The notes beneath the pieces are model-generated. The model saw nothing but the letters and a program-made list of their open reading frames with translations. It was not told where the DNA came from and searched no databases. Made by a program: the position numbers and the translations under genes. A stretch of DNA of 64,000 nucleotides from assembly GCA_017608235.1 (NCBI GenBank), contig JAFCGI010000003.1, forward strand, positions 44,146 to 108,145. Reading direction: 5' to 3'. Of this stretch, positions 48,761 to 58,602 are shown in pieces. Source of the stretch: Candidatus Pacearchaeota archaeon (GTDB taxonomy: Archaea; Nanobdellota; Nanobdellia; UBA10117; JAFCGI01). How positions within the stretch are numbered: position 1 is the stretch's first letter; each line of letters opens with the position of its first letter.

Positions 48761-50744
48761 ACATTTCAGACTGTAGCCTGTCTAAAGTTACATTATATCT
48801 TCTTAGAGTAGAAACATATTTTGTGATTCCCATGCTAATTTGTAGATTGTCTTTTGCAGCATATAATATGCTATTTACTTTCCGAATCTCTTTTATTTCG
48901 CATGTTATTGCCTGAACTATAGATTTAAGATTTGAAATTAAATCTTCATGCAATTTTTCTTTGGCAGAACTATATGATTCATATTCTTCTTTTTTTTGTT
49001 TGGTCTCATAATATATATATTTGGAAAATTTTTTTCTATGTTGTTTTATTTTTTTAAGTTCTTGTTTTATAATTTTAGATATAGTTTTTTTTCTCTTTCT
49101 CAGAATTTGTTTCTTATTAAATCTAATGCCTAACTTAGATAATTCATTCCAAATCTCAGGCTCATTCTTTCCATGAATTAAATAATTTTGGATATGTTTT
49201 ACTTTTTCTTTTTTATTTTTAGTTAAGTATATGAGTTCCAAAAATGTTTCTGCTTTTGTATTAAATGTGTTAAAATTATTTGGCTTTATTTCTTTAGAAA
49301 GTATTGTTAATGCTGAATATGCGTTTATATTATATGCTTCAGCTTTAATCTTATCCTCTACTACTTCTGCAAGAGTTATCTGTGCATGAGCTAAGGATAG
49401 TACTATATCATTATAGTCTGATTGTGCTTTTTCTTTTGGGAAAGGGCTTTCTTCTGCTTCAACCTTCTGTTTAGTATTTTCCTGCGCATTCAATAGACCC
49501 TTCATTCCACGTTCAAGAAGATCTAAAAGTTTTGTTTTTTCGACTTTACTTAAATTTTGAGAATAGTTTCTTAGAAATCCAGATAGTTCTGAAATATAAA
49601 ATGCTGCTATACTAGTAATTTCTAATTTTGAGTTAGAAATAACTAATAAGTCATCTGCTAATTCTATAAGAGTAGTTCTGAAATATTCTTTTACTTTTTC
49701 ATAATTATGATGCTTATTTTCATTTATTTCTGACAATTTAAAGTTAATAGCGCTTCTTAAGGTATTTACATAATTAACTACTCTCTCAAGAATTTCTTGA
49801 TCAATTTTAAGATCTTTTCCAAAATTAAATAAGTGCGTTTTTGGAATTTTCTCTGGTATTGTTCCTCTTTTTATACTTAGCGCCTCTTGGAATAAGTCTG
49901 CATGCGAATGAAATTCCTCAGGGCGGAATAAATACCTAGTGCATTCTTTTTCTAGCTCTATAAGATTTTTCTTAGGTATTACTATATCTGTAGATGCTAT
50001 GTAATATGAATGAGCCATTCTGCAAATAGCTTTAGATAATTCTGCTACTGCTTCTTCTCTTTTTTCATCATCATCTTTATTTTTTAGGATGTCTGCTAAG
50101 CTTGAAAGAGTATATCTTGTATATATCAAAAATAATTCGAATGCCTCATATCTTGGGATATTTATTTTTGGCAGATCTTCAAATTCTTCAAATACATCAT
50201 AGCCCATTAAAATTTTATGGCAATTCCAAATATAAGAGAAAAGGAATTTACTAGCTAAACCTCGCCAATTATTAATTTGTTTTTTAGATCTACCGATTGC
50301 TCCACTTTTAAATGCATCTATATTTTTAGGATTTATGCTATTCTTATCTCTTACCCATATTTGCGCCTTAACTTTACATCCGAGGTCTGCATTTATCTTT
50401 TCAAGATCTTCATTCAGCTTATCTTCTAAAGTGTTAATTTCTGTTTCTATGTCTTTAATTTTGTTAAATTCAATTGATCCATAATGTTCCTTATATAGTT
50501 CAGGATTATCTTTGTATTCCTCTAAGGCATTATATACATTTGGATTAACTAAGAAATCTATATCAAAATCAGAATATTTATTCATGTCCCCTGAATAAAT
50601 GCTACCAGAACTAAATGCGCTATGGCAATAAAAGCAAGAAGCATCATCATCTTCTATTGAAAATTTAGAGTCCATAAAGTAATTGCAAAATTTGTCTTCT
50701 AGAAAGCTTGGAATATCTTGAATAGTTTGGATAGGTTTTGACAT
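48732..50744 (-). CDS. Large protein with an N-terminal Pol-beta-superfamily nucleotidyltransferase signature and a long helical C-terminal region
   Basis: SAFSSGSIYSGDMNKYSDFDIDFLV fits hG[GS]x9-13DhDh (GS + 10 aa + DFDID). Preceded by a CFYCHS Cys/His cluster. A candidate third acidic residue lies in IWVRDKN. Length 670 aa. First gene of the operon. Confidence 0.55.
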   Translation of the reverse strand: MSKPIQTIQDIPSFLEDKFCNYFMDSKFSIEDDDASCFYCHSAFSSGSIYSGDMNKYSDFDIDFLVNPNVYNALEEYKDNPELYKEHYGSIEFNKIKDIETEINTLEDKLNEDLEKINADLGCKVKAQIWVRDKNSINPKNIDAFKSGAIGRSKKQINNWRGLASKFLFSYIWNCHKILMGYDVFEEFEDLPKINIPRYEAFELFLIYTRYTLSSLADILKNKDDDEKREEAVAELSKAICRMAHSYYIASTDIVIPKKNLIELEKECTRYLFRPEEFHSHADLFQEALSIKRGTIPEKIPKTHLFNFGKDLKIDQEILERVVNYVNTLRSAINFKLSEINENKHHNYEKVKEYFRTTLIELADDLLVISNSKLEITSIAAFYISELSGFLRNYSQNLSKVEKTKLLDLLERGMKGLLNAQENTKQKVEAEESPFPKEKAQSDYNDIVLSLAHAQITLAEVVEDKIKAEAYNINAYSALTILSKEIKPNNFNTFNTKAETFLELIYLTKNKKEKVKHIQNYLIHGKNEPEIWNELSKLGIRFNKKQILRKRKKTISKIIKQELKKIKQHRKKFSKYIYYETKQKKEEYESYSSAKEKLHEDLISNLKSIVQAITCEIKEIRKVNSILYAAKDNLQISMGITKYVSTLRRYNVTLDRLQSEMYDISKDLQR

Positions 50745-50982
50745 AGGGAATCACTTTTTAGTATTATTAAGTAACTAATCCTATATTTTTTTAAACATTT
50801 CTAAATTATATATTCTAGTCACTCAATAAACTTAAGACGCTACCTATATTTTAATGTAAGTTCTAAACTATATATTAATAAATTTTAAACATTCTGAAAT
50901 TGTTTTCAGTATTTAGATATACTTAGGATGTGGTCGTTATTTAGGACATCTAAATTAGAATTAAAATAATAATTGTATTACG

Positions 50983-51567
50983 CTAAGACATTTCTTTGCA
51001 GTATTGTTTTGCTCTTTGTAATAATTTGCTCAGGAATTTTTTTCCTGCTTTTGTCTTGAATCTCGAAGCTTTTTCTTTTTCAAAAAAGTCTAAAAACCTA
51101 ATGTAGTCTTTTTTAGAAAATGTAGGAGTTACTCTATCTACATTAATTTGTCCTAAGCTATCTGCTTCAAAAACTAGTTGCCCATCTGGAGAAGAAGTTA
51201 TTTTATCTAAATTATCATGAGTTCCTACTAAATAGACTATCTTTTCAATTTCTTCTGTAGAGTATTCTCTAATTTCACTTAATATTATTTTAGATAATTT
51301 TATTCCATTATCCATTTGCTTTTGTTTTAATTGTTCCTGAGATTCAAAACTAAGATTTTTTTTATTGAGAATGTTTGCTCCTCCAATATCATGTAAATAC
51401 ATTGTAGAAATTAGAATCTTTGGATCTCCTTCTTCATAAACCAATAGCTTTTTCATCCAATAGACTGTAGCCATTGTGTGTGGTATATCCCAGTTAGGGC
51501 GAGCTTTATCTAAATATTTTATGGCTTCATTCTTTAGTTTTTCCTCTAGTCCTGCATTTAGATCCAT
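50983..51567 (-). CDS. HD-domain protein
   Basis: H…STMYLHDIGG (HD)…GTHDNLDK…D pattern. Length 194 aa. Directly upstream (same strand) of the operon promoter region. Confidence 0.6.
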   Translation of the reverse strand: MDLNAGLEEKLKNEAIKYLDKARPNWDIPHTMATVYWMKKLLVYEEGDPKILISTMYLHDIGGANILNKKNLSFESQEQLKQKQMDNGIKLSKIILSEIREYSTEEIEKIVYLVGTHDNLDKITSSPDGQLVFEADSLGQINVDRVTPTFSKKDYIRFLDFFEKEKASRFKTKAGKKFLSKLLQRAKQYCKEMS

Positions 51568-51657
51568 AATTTAAAAAAGATCTACATATACTTTAATGAA
51601 TACACCTAAACTTTGCTGTAATGTTTTAAAGAAGATAGGAAAAGTTTTTATTTTAGT

Positions 51658-52959
51658 ATGTGTTTGGCGGAAATGATGAAATCCTTTACAATTAAAGATA
51701 TAGAAGATGCAATAAAATCCAGTGCAGATTATATGCTTTCCTTGCAAAAACCAGAGGGGTTCTGGGGAGTGGATAAGGTAGAACATAGAGAACCTCCATA
51801 TTATCAAAAAAAAATAGTTCTTACTGCTCAAGCAATATCTGTATTAGTTTTGTCTGAAAGTAAAAACCTTAAAGCAATTCAGAAGGGGCTTAGATTTTGT
51901 ATTAATGAAGAACTAAATAATAATGATGTAATTGACTTATGGGCTTGGAAGTCTATTGCGCTAGGTTTTTCAAATACCAAGATTGCTAGAGATAAAATGG
52001 CTAAAGTAGATAACTATATTCTTTCCAAACAAGATCCAAAAGGATTTTGGCCTAATTATCCTATTACAAACAACTTATCTAATAAAATAGTAGTTAGTGC
52101 ATTTAGAAATAAGATATATGATAAAAGCCTTAAACTAATTAAAAGCTGGTTTTTAAATAATAAAGCTAAAGATGGAATTGGTTGGGGGTTTAATAGCTTA
52201 TCTAATAAATCAGAAATAACATTTACTAATAATGTGCTATTGGCTTTATTTATTTTAGGATTAAATCCAGATAATAAAGATCTTAGAAAAATATTAGACT
52301 TTATATTTAAAAAACAAAGAAAAGATGGAGGTTGGCCTTCCTCTAAAATGACAATCTCTAACAAATCTACATGTTATTCAACTTCTTTATCTCTAGCAAG
52401 TTTGCTTTGTCTTAGAGGAGAATGTAAAGAAACAGACAGAGCAATAAAATTTCTGTTAGACATGCAAAATGAAGATGGAGGTTGGCCTTTTGTAAAAGGA
52501 GAGGAATCAAAAATATATGTTACTTATTATGTTGCTAGAACATTAAGTTTTTATCTGTATTTGAAAAAGATGCATAGGACTTCTAAAATAAGGTTTTTAA
52601 AAAATTATATGAGTGTATCTCAGATTAATACTTTCTTGTTTAGTGAATTTGATGATGCAGTTATTAAGGATTTTAGAAAGAGCATGTTTGAGGCTATTTT
52701 AAATTCAAGAACTTTGGGTGTTACAAAAAAAGCTATTGATAGAAGAGTGAATATTCTTAGATTATTAAATGAGCGCGGAGATATGGATATAGCAGAGATT
52801 ATAGATGCTTTAAAAGAATTTCCAGAATATAGTTATTTGAATAAAAAATCACATATGACTCAAATAAAACTTGATGTAGAGTATCTTAGAGATATGAATT
52901 TATTAAATGTGCAAGATTATAGATATTACCTAATTTATAATTTTTTTGAAAACAATTGA
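51658..52959 (+). CDS. Prenyltransferase/squalene-cyclase-type alpha/alpha-toroid repeat protein with a C-terminal HTH-like region
   Basis: Repeated xxDGGW(P) units: QKPEGFWGV, QDPKGFWPN, AKDGIGWGF, RKDGGWPSS, NEDGGWPFV. Length 433 aa. Confidence 0.5.
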   Translation: MCLAEMMKSFTIKDIEDAIKSSADYMLSLQKPEGFWGVDKVEHREPPYYQKKIVLTAQAISVLVLSESKNLKAIQKGLRFCINEELNNNDVIDLWAWKSIALGFSNTKIARDKMAKVDNYILSKQDPKGFWPNYPITNNLSNKIVVSAFRNKIYDKSLKLIKSWFLNNKAKDGIGWGFNSLSNKSEITFTNNVLLALFILGLNPDNKDLRKILDFIFKKQRKDGGWPSSKMTISNKSTCYSTSLSLASLLCLRGECKETDRAIKFLLDMQNEDGGWPFVKGEESKIYVTYYVARTLSFYLYLKKMHRTSKIRFLKNYMSVSQINTFLFSEFDDAVIKDFRKSMFEAILNSRTLGVTKKAIDRRVNILRLLNERGDMDIAEIIDALKEFPEYSYLNKKSHMTQIKLDVEYLRDMNLLNVQDYRYYLIYNFFENN

Positions 52960-52989
52960 AAGGAAAGTAACTAAGAAAATAAACTATAA

Positions 52990-54252
52990 TCATAAATTAT
53001 ATGACTCTTTTATTATTTCTGCTATATCTTTAGGGCTTAAATTAAATGCCCTATCATCTTTGGGCCCAAATAAAATAGTATCTTTTCCAAACCAAGGCGC
53101 ATTATTTTCTTTAGTTAATTTAGGCATAATTTTAATAAGTAAGTATGGGCTATTTGGCTGGTCTGGTCCTTGGTCTGCTGATGCGAGATTATATCCTATA
53201 TTTGTTTTAATTAAAGCAAATCTTGTATTATATATCCATTTACCATATCCTTCTGCCAACCAAAAAGGAGCATCAGGAGAGATATCTAATGGACCTCCAC
53301 CGTTTGGAGTTAGATCAAAATATACAAACTTTTTATTAAGATATGTTTTTGCTCTTTTAGTGGCTTCATAGTTTATATCTTTTAATCTCCTAACAAAAAT
53401 ATGTGCATATATTTCATTTTTAAATTCAGACTCTTCTATTTGGCGAACATAGGTATTGATAAGTTGTCCGCTTGGTTCTCTTGCAGTAAAATACAAATCT
53501 GAAAGAGTATCTATAGATATTTCCATGTATTTATTATTTTTGAAAGTTTCTGTATTTCTAGTTATATCTTCAAATATATTTTCTGTTATAGCTAATAATG
53601 TTTTGTAGCCATCTATCACTGCACGTGCTGTGCCATCAATATTTGCAGGTGGGAATCCTTTTAGAATTTCAATTGCTGGAGTATCTCCAAATGGCTTTAT
53701 GTGTTCATTAAATTCGAGTAGAGTGGCTTCAAATATTTTTTGTAATAATGAAAAAGCTATTTTTTCATAATTTTCTGTTATTTTATAATCTTCATTAAAA
53801 ATTTGTCCACCAAATGCAGTATTGTCTGAGAAGAATGCTACTTCCTTTATTAATTTTGAATATTTTTTTGCAAAATTAGGGTTTAAGAAACTAGTCATTG
53901 ATAATACTCCATCAGGATCAAAGTTTGATTGTCCTGTAATTACTATAGTATTATCTGAAGTATAGTTTGCTTTACTTAGACCTTTTAATGAATCTATAAC
54001 TCCTGCAGTAGCAGTTTCATAAGATTTATTATATGCTCCATGATGATCTATTACTTTAACCCATTCTGGTAGAAAATCTTCTATCTCTTCTCTAGATCCA
54101 GAAAACAAAGGATAGTCTACTACTAGAATATTTTTATTTTCTCTAGACGCATCTAATTTCTGAATAATTTCTTCATTAGATCCGAATCCAAATTGATGGT
54201 TTATTATTCCAATAGTCTTATCAGAATTTAAAATAAGTTCTAAATCTTTCAT
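52990..54252 (-). CDS. DHH-superfamily phosphoesterase-like protein (divergent)
   Basis: VIDHHG (the DHH motif) and NGGGPLD (GGGH-like) are present. The motif-I region is IINHQFG rather than the Dx D pattern. Length 420 aa. Confidence 0.45.
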   Translation of the reverse strand: MKDLELILNSDKTIGIINHQFGFGSNEEIIQKLDASRENKNILVVDYPLFSGSREEIEDFLPEWVKVIDHHGAYNKSYETATAGVIDSLKGLSKANYTSDNTIVITGQSNFDPDGVLSMTSFLNPNFAKKYSKLIKEVAFFSDNTAFGGQIFNEDYKITENYEKIAFSLLQKIFEATLLEFNEHIKPFGDTPAIEILKGFPPANIDGTARAVIDGYKTLLAITENIFEDITRNTETFKNNKYMEISIDTLSDLYFTAREPSGQLINTYVRQIEESEFKNEIYAHIFVRRLKDINYEATKRAKTYLNKKFVYFDLTPNGGGPLDISPDAPFWLAEGYGKWIYNTRFALIKTNIGYNLASADQGPDQPNSPYLLIKIMPKLTKENNAPWFGKDTILFGPKDDRAFNLSPKDIAEIIKESYNL

Positions 54253-54464
54253 TTTATTGCCTTCAAAAGTTGCTGTAAAAAAGAATGGTTAAAAAAGTTT
54301 CTATAATAGATAACAGAGCCAGTATGGTTTTCTATAATAGATAAAAGAGCTGATATATTTAGCCTGAATCAGAGTCTGATCTTCTAGTGTGCAACTGAAG
54401 ATATTATTTATCAGGACTGGAATATATAAAGAATATATCATATAGATATTAATTGTTTATTATA

Positions 54465-54770
54465 TTAGTCTGTCATGATTATTACTTGTGCATGAGGTAT
54501 GTTATCTATAAAAACTATATTTTCCTGGTTTACAAGGCCTGCTTCTATTCCTGCTTGAACTGCTTCTTTTCCAATTAAATTTATGTTAACAGCTTTCCTT
54601 AGAAGTGATATAATTTCCTTCTTAGTAGCTTGTTCTCCTTGGTAAAAACGAGGATTTACAAAAAACTCTATTTTAGTTTCTGAAGATCTAAGAGTTTTTC
54701 CTAAAAGAGATTTATCACAGACTGCTATCATAAATCCATGTTTTCTGTTATATAATTTATAGTATAACAT
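54465..54770 (-). CDS. DUF424-like small conserved archaeal protein
   Basis: 101 aa; …IAVCDKSLLGK…NIPHAQ… is a family resemblance from memory only. Confidence 0.35.
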   Translation of the reverse strand: MLYYKLYNRKHGFMIAVCDKSLLGKTLRSSETKIEFFVNPRFYQGEQATKKEIISLLRKAVNINLIGKEAVQAGIEAGLVNQENIVFIDNIPHAQVIIMTD

Positions 54771-55441
54771 TATTCTTCCTCCTTAGACTTGTAGCCATAT
54801 TTTCCAATTAATGGAACAAATCCATACGTTCCTAGTATTTCTTGTTTTTGCTCTCCAGAGACTTTTATGATTTTATACATTTCCTGAATATTTTGTTCTT
54901 GGTTCTTAGTTATTGGAATTATCATAATGCCTTGTTCTTTAAGCTGGGAAAACAAAGTATTTGGTAATGTTGGTGCTGCTGCAGTTACTATTATTCTATC
55001 ATAAGGTGCTTCTTTTGGGTATCCTAAAGTGCCATCTTCTAAAATTAATTCAATATTCTTATAATTAATTAAATTTGATTTTGCATAATCATATAGTTCT
55101 GGAATACGTTCTATGCTAACTATTTTACCTTTCTGTCCAACTATTTCAGATAAGATTGCAGATTGATAGCCAGATCCTGAACCAATCTCTAGGATTTTAT
55201 GTCCTAAGTTAGGTTCTAGTGATTCAGTCATTACTGCAATAGTATATGGTTGAGATATAGTTTGATGTGCAAGTATTGGTCTGGCTTCATCAACATATGC
55301 GTGTTTTTTATACTCTGGGAGCATAAAATCCTCTCTTGGTACTTTCTCAAATGCATGTATTATTTCTGGAGTTTTAAGAATACCTATATCTTTTAGATTT
55401 TTAATTAATTTTACTTTTGCTTGCTTTAATCTGCCCAGCAT
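54770..55441 (-). CDS. pcm: Protein-L-isoaspartate O-methyltransferase
   Basis: AHQTISQPYTIAVM, SAM-binding ILEIGSGSGYQSA and YDRIIVTAAA. Internal ATG (MLGRLKQ…) chosen; the track ORF extends to 55489. Confidence 0.85.
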   Translation of the reverse strand: MLGRLKQAKVKLIKNLKDIGILKTPEIIHAFEKVPREDFMLPEYKKHAYVDEARPILAHQTISQPYTIAVMTESLEPNLGHKILEIGSGSGYQSAILSEIVGQKGKIVSIERIPELYDYAKSNLINYKNIELILEDGTLGYPKEAPYDRIIVTAAAPTLPNTLFSQLKEQGIMIIPITKNQEQNIQEMYKIIKVSGEQKQEILGTYGFVPLIGKYGYKSKEEE

Positions 55442-55570
55442 ATAGATGTAAAAATGACTTAAGAATAAAAGGTTTTCCACAGGAAACATTGGAAATTAAG
55501 GCGTTTGGAATACAAATATTTTAAATATAGGAAAGTCTTCAAGATTTTTAATGGCTTTGGAGATGCGCTC

Positions 55571-57598
55571 ATGCTAGATTATGAAGATATGATTACAAAG
55601 TTTAGAACTTTCTTTGAGAGATATTATTATAATTCTCTTCTGACTAATATTAAGAAAGGCAAGAAATATATTAATATTAAATTTGGAGATTTAGCTAAGT
55701 TCGACTTAGACTTATCTGAGGAGTTGATTTCTAAGCCTCAGGAGATTTTAGATTTAGCTGAGAAGTCTCTAAAAGAGTTTGATATTCCTGAAGCTGAGCA
55801 TCCTATTAGAGTTAGAGTTATTGATTTGCCTCAAGCCTATTATCTTTCTATTCGAAATATTCGAAGTAGTCATTTGGGAAAGTTAATTTGGACTGAGGGT
55901 TTGATAAGACAGGCATCTGATATCAGACCTAAAGTTACGATTGCTACATTTGAGTGTCCTAGCTGTAATGCACAGATTGTTGTAGAACAAAGAGATACAA
56001 GTTTCAAGGAACCTGCAAGATGTCAGTGTGGCAGGAAAGGTAAATTTAGACTATCTAGCAAGAAGATGGTTGATGTTCAGAGATTAGTTATAGAAGAAGT
56101 CCCTGAGAGTTTAAGCGGAGGGGAGCAGCCAAAAAGAATCAGAGCATATCTTTCAGAAGATCTTTTGGATGCAGATCTAGAGAAGAGAAGATATCCTGGA
56201 AATAAAGTTAGGATTGCTGGTGTGATTAAAGAGGTTCCAGTATCTACAAGAACTGGAGGTAGAAGTACAACCTATGATTTAATGATTGATGCGAATTCTG
56301 CAGAAACTGTTGAAGAAGAGTTTGGAGAACTTCAGATATCTGCTAAAGATGAAGAGTTAATTAAGGATCTAGCTTCAAAGTCAAATATTTTTGAAAAGTT
56401 AGCTAGGAGCATTGCTCCAAGTATTTATGGGTTGAATGAGATTAAGCAGGCGATTGTTTTGCAGTTGTTTGGAGGTACAAGAAAAACTAGAGAGGATGGT
56501 ACAAGTACAAGAGGAGATATTCATATATTCTTGGTTGGAGATCCTGGAGCAGGCAAGTCTCAGATTTTAAGTTATGTTTCTAATCTAGCACCAAAAGCAA
56601 GAATGGTAACTGGAAGAGGCGCTAGCGCAGCTGGAATCACAGCAAGTGTTGTTAAGGATGAATTTATGGGCGGCTGGGCTTTAGAAGCTGGCGCACTTGT
56701 TTTAGCGAATAATGGAATAGCATTGCTAGACGAACTAGATAAAATCTCAAGAGAGGATACTTCAGCAATGCATGAAGCTATGGAGCAACAGCGTGTTACT
56801 ATTAGCAAAGCAAATATTCAAGCAACTCTAAGAGCACAAACTTCTATTCTTGCGGCTGCAAATCCAAAGTTTGGAAGGTTTGATCCTTATAGTCCTATAG
56901 CTTCACAAATAGATCTTCCTCCCACGCTGATTAACAGGTTTGATCTTATCTTTACTGTGAGAGATATTCCAAACATAGAAAAAGATGAATTAATAGCTAG
57001 GCATGTTTTGGAGTTACATAGAGATGATGATGCTAAAAAAGCAGATATTAGTCCTGAGGTAATTAGGAAATATATTGCATATGCAAAGCAGCATTGCAAG
57101 CCAGTGTTAAGTTCTGGTGCTCTAGATGAGATTAGAGAGTTTTATGTTAATTTAAGAAGTACAGCTGCCTTGGAAGATTCTGAAGTAAAATCAATTCCAA
57201 TTTCTGCAAGACAGCTTGAAGCTCTAATCAGGCTGTCGGAAGCAAGCGCTAGAATCAGGCTTTCTGATAAAGTAACCAAAAGGGATGCACAGAGAGCAAT
57301 TGGATTGCTAAGAAGCTGTATGGAAGCAGTAGCACTAGATGTGGAAACTGGTAAGTTTGATATAGATAGAATTGCTACAGGAATCACAGCTACTGATAGA
57401 AGTAGGATTACGATAGTTAGAAGAATTATTGATGAGTTAGAAGGTAGAGTTGGAAAAAACATTCCAATTTCAGATATTCTAAATGAAGCAGAGAATGAAG
57501 GACTAGAAAAAGCTAAGGCAGAGGATGTTATTGAAAACTTAAAGAAAAAAGGAGACATCTTTGAACCTAAGCCTGGATTGATTCAGAAGATTGGTTAG
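55571..57598 (+). CDS. mcm: MCM replicative helicase
   Basis: Zn finger CPSCN…CQCG. Walker A IHIFLVGDPGAGKSQ. Walker B and arginine finger region ALLDELDK…SILAAANP. Winged-helix C-terminus. ATG at 55571; the track ORF starts at TTG 55505. Confidence 0.9.
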   Translation: MLDYEDMITKFRTFFERYYYNSLLTNIKKGKKYINIKFGDLAKFDLDLSEELISKPQEILDLAEKSLKEFDIPEAEHPIRVRVIDLPQAYYLSIRNIRSSHLGKLIWTEGLIRQASDIRPKVTIATFECPSCNAQIVVEQRDTSFKEPARCQCGRKGKFRLSSKKMVDVQRLVIEEVPESLSGGEQPKRIRAYLSEDLLDADLEKRRYPGNKVRIAGVIKEVPVSTRTGGRSTTYDLMIDANSAETVEEEFGELQISAKDEELIKDLASKSNIFEKLARSIAPSIYGLNEIKQAIVLQLFGGTRKTREDGTSTRGDIHIFLVGDPGAGKSQILSYVSNLAPKARMVTGRGASAAGITASVVKDEFMGGWALEAGALVLANNGIALLDELDKISREDTSAMHEAMEQQRVTISKANIQATLRAQTSILAAANPKFGRFDPYSPIASQIDLPPTLINRFDLIFTVRDIPNIEKDELIARHVLELHRDDDAKKADISPEVIRKYIAYAKQHCKPVLSSGALDEIREFYVNLRSTAALEDSEVKSIPISARQLEALIRLSEASARIRLSDKVTKRDAQRAIGLLRSCMEAVALDVETGKFDIDRIATGITATDRSRITIVRRIIDELEGRVGKNIPISDILNEAENEGLEKAKAEDVIENLKKKGDIFEPKPGLIQKIG

Positions 57599-57723
57599 AG
57601 CCTTTCTTTGGCAAGAAACACTCACAAAAGAAGCTAAAAAAGATTTATGCAATAAGTAAGTTGATTTTGAGATACTATTAGATTGAATAAAACTTTATAT
57701 ATTAGCTATAATTTTGATTTAAA

Positions 57724-58419
57724 ATGCCAGCTGAATCTCAAGAGATAAAAGAAGGGGAAGTTCAGATTAAGAGACAGGTAGCTTTCAAAGTATATATTTC
57801 TGATATAATTAATGGAGAATATGTTAAACAGGAAGGCTGGAATCCTAATTATGTGATTTTGGATGATAAAAAAGTTTCCAGGGTAAACCTTTTAGCTACT
57901 GTTGTGTCAAAGTTTTCTAGTGAAGATGGAAACTATGCTGCATTGACTTTAGATGATGGCACAGAAACTATTAGGGTTAAGGCATTTGGTCCAGATGTTA
58001 TGAAAGTTAGAGAGATTGGGATTGGAAATATTGTTAGCTTTATAGGAAAGGTAAAACAATACAATAATGAAACTTATCTTGCCCCAGAAGGAGTTAGGAA
58101 AGTAGATGATATTAATTGGATTCTTGTTAGAAAGCTTGAGTTAGGAAAACCTAGGAAGATTGCTGGGATGAATGGTAAGAAGATCAAAGTTATATCAGAA
58201 GATGAGGCTAGGGAGAAACTTAAGGAAGAAGATAAGAATATTACTGAAAAAGTAGCTAATCTTATTAGAGCCTTGGATAAAGGAGAAGGTGCTGAAATCG
58301 ATCAAGTTATAGCAGGATCTGGTTTAGATGAAGACGAGGCTAAGAACATAATTATTTCTTTATTAAAATCTGGGGATGTTTATGAACCTAAAAAAGGCAA
58401 GCTAAAGATGCTGGATTAA
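57724..58419 (+). CDS. OB-fold nucleic-acid-binding protein (RPA/SSB-like; tentative)
   Basis: VSRVNLLATVVSKFS…GNYAALTLDDGTETIRVKAFG…IGNIVSFIGKV is the typical RPA OB-fold pattern. Acidic C-terminus. Directly downstream of mcm. Confidence 0.5.
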   Translation: MPAESQEIKEGEVQIKRQVAFKVYISDIINGEYVKQEGWNPNYVILDDKKVSRVNLLATVVSKFSSEDGNYAALTLDDGTETIRVKAFGPDVMKVREIGIGNIVSFIGKVKQYNNETYLAPEGVRKVDDINWILVRKLELGKPRKIAGMNGKKIKVISEDEAREKLKEEDKNITEKVANLIRALDKGEGAEIDQVIAGSGLDEDEAKNIIISLLKSGDVYEPKKGKLKMLD

Positions 58420-58602
58420 AACAGCCTTCTAGAAACCCTTAAAGCAAATAATTTACACAACAACTTATTCTTCTATCTTAAAATTTCTAGACTTTAGTTT
58501 AGAATCATAGCATCTTTTCCTTTGCTTATAAGGATACTAGTCATATAATAACACAAAACTTTATAAGTTATATAGTCTTAATTTTTCAAAGGAGATGATA
58601 TC

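Noticed and set aside
52946-53371. 141-aa plus-strand ORF
   Set aside because: Antisense to the DHH-like gene. Low-complexity hydrophobic translation.
56572-57558. Minus-strand ORFs inside mcm (78, 70 and 138 aa)
   Set aside because: Antisense to the MCM gene. Ser/Ala/Leu-rich spurious frames.
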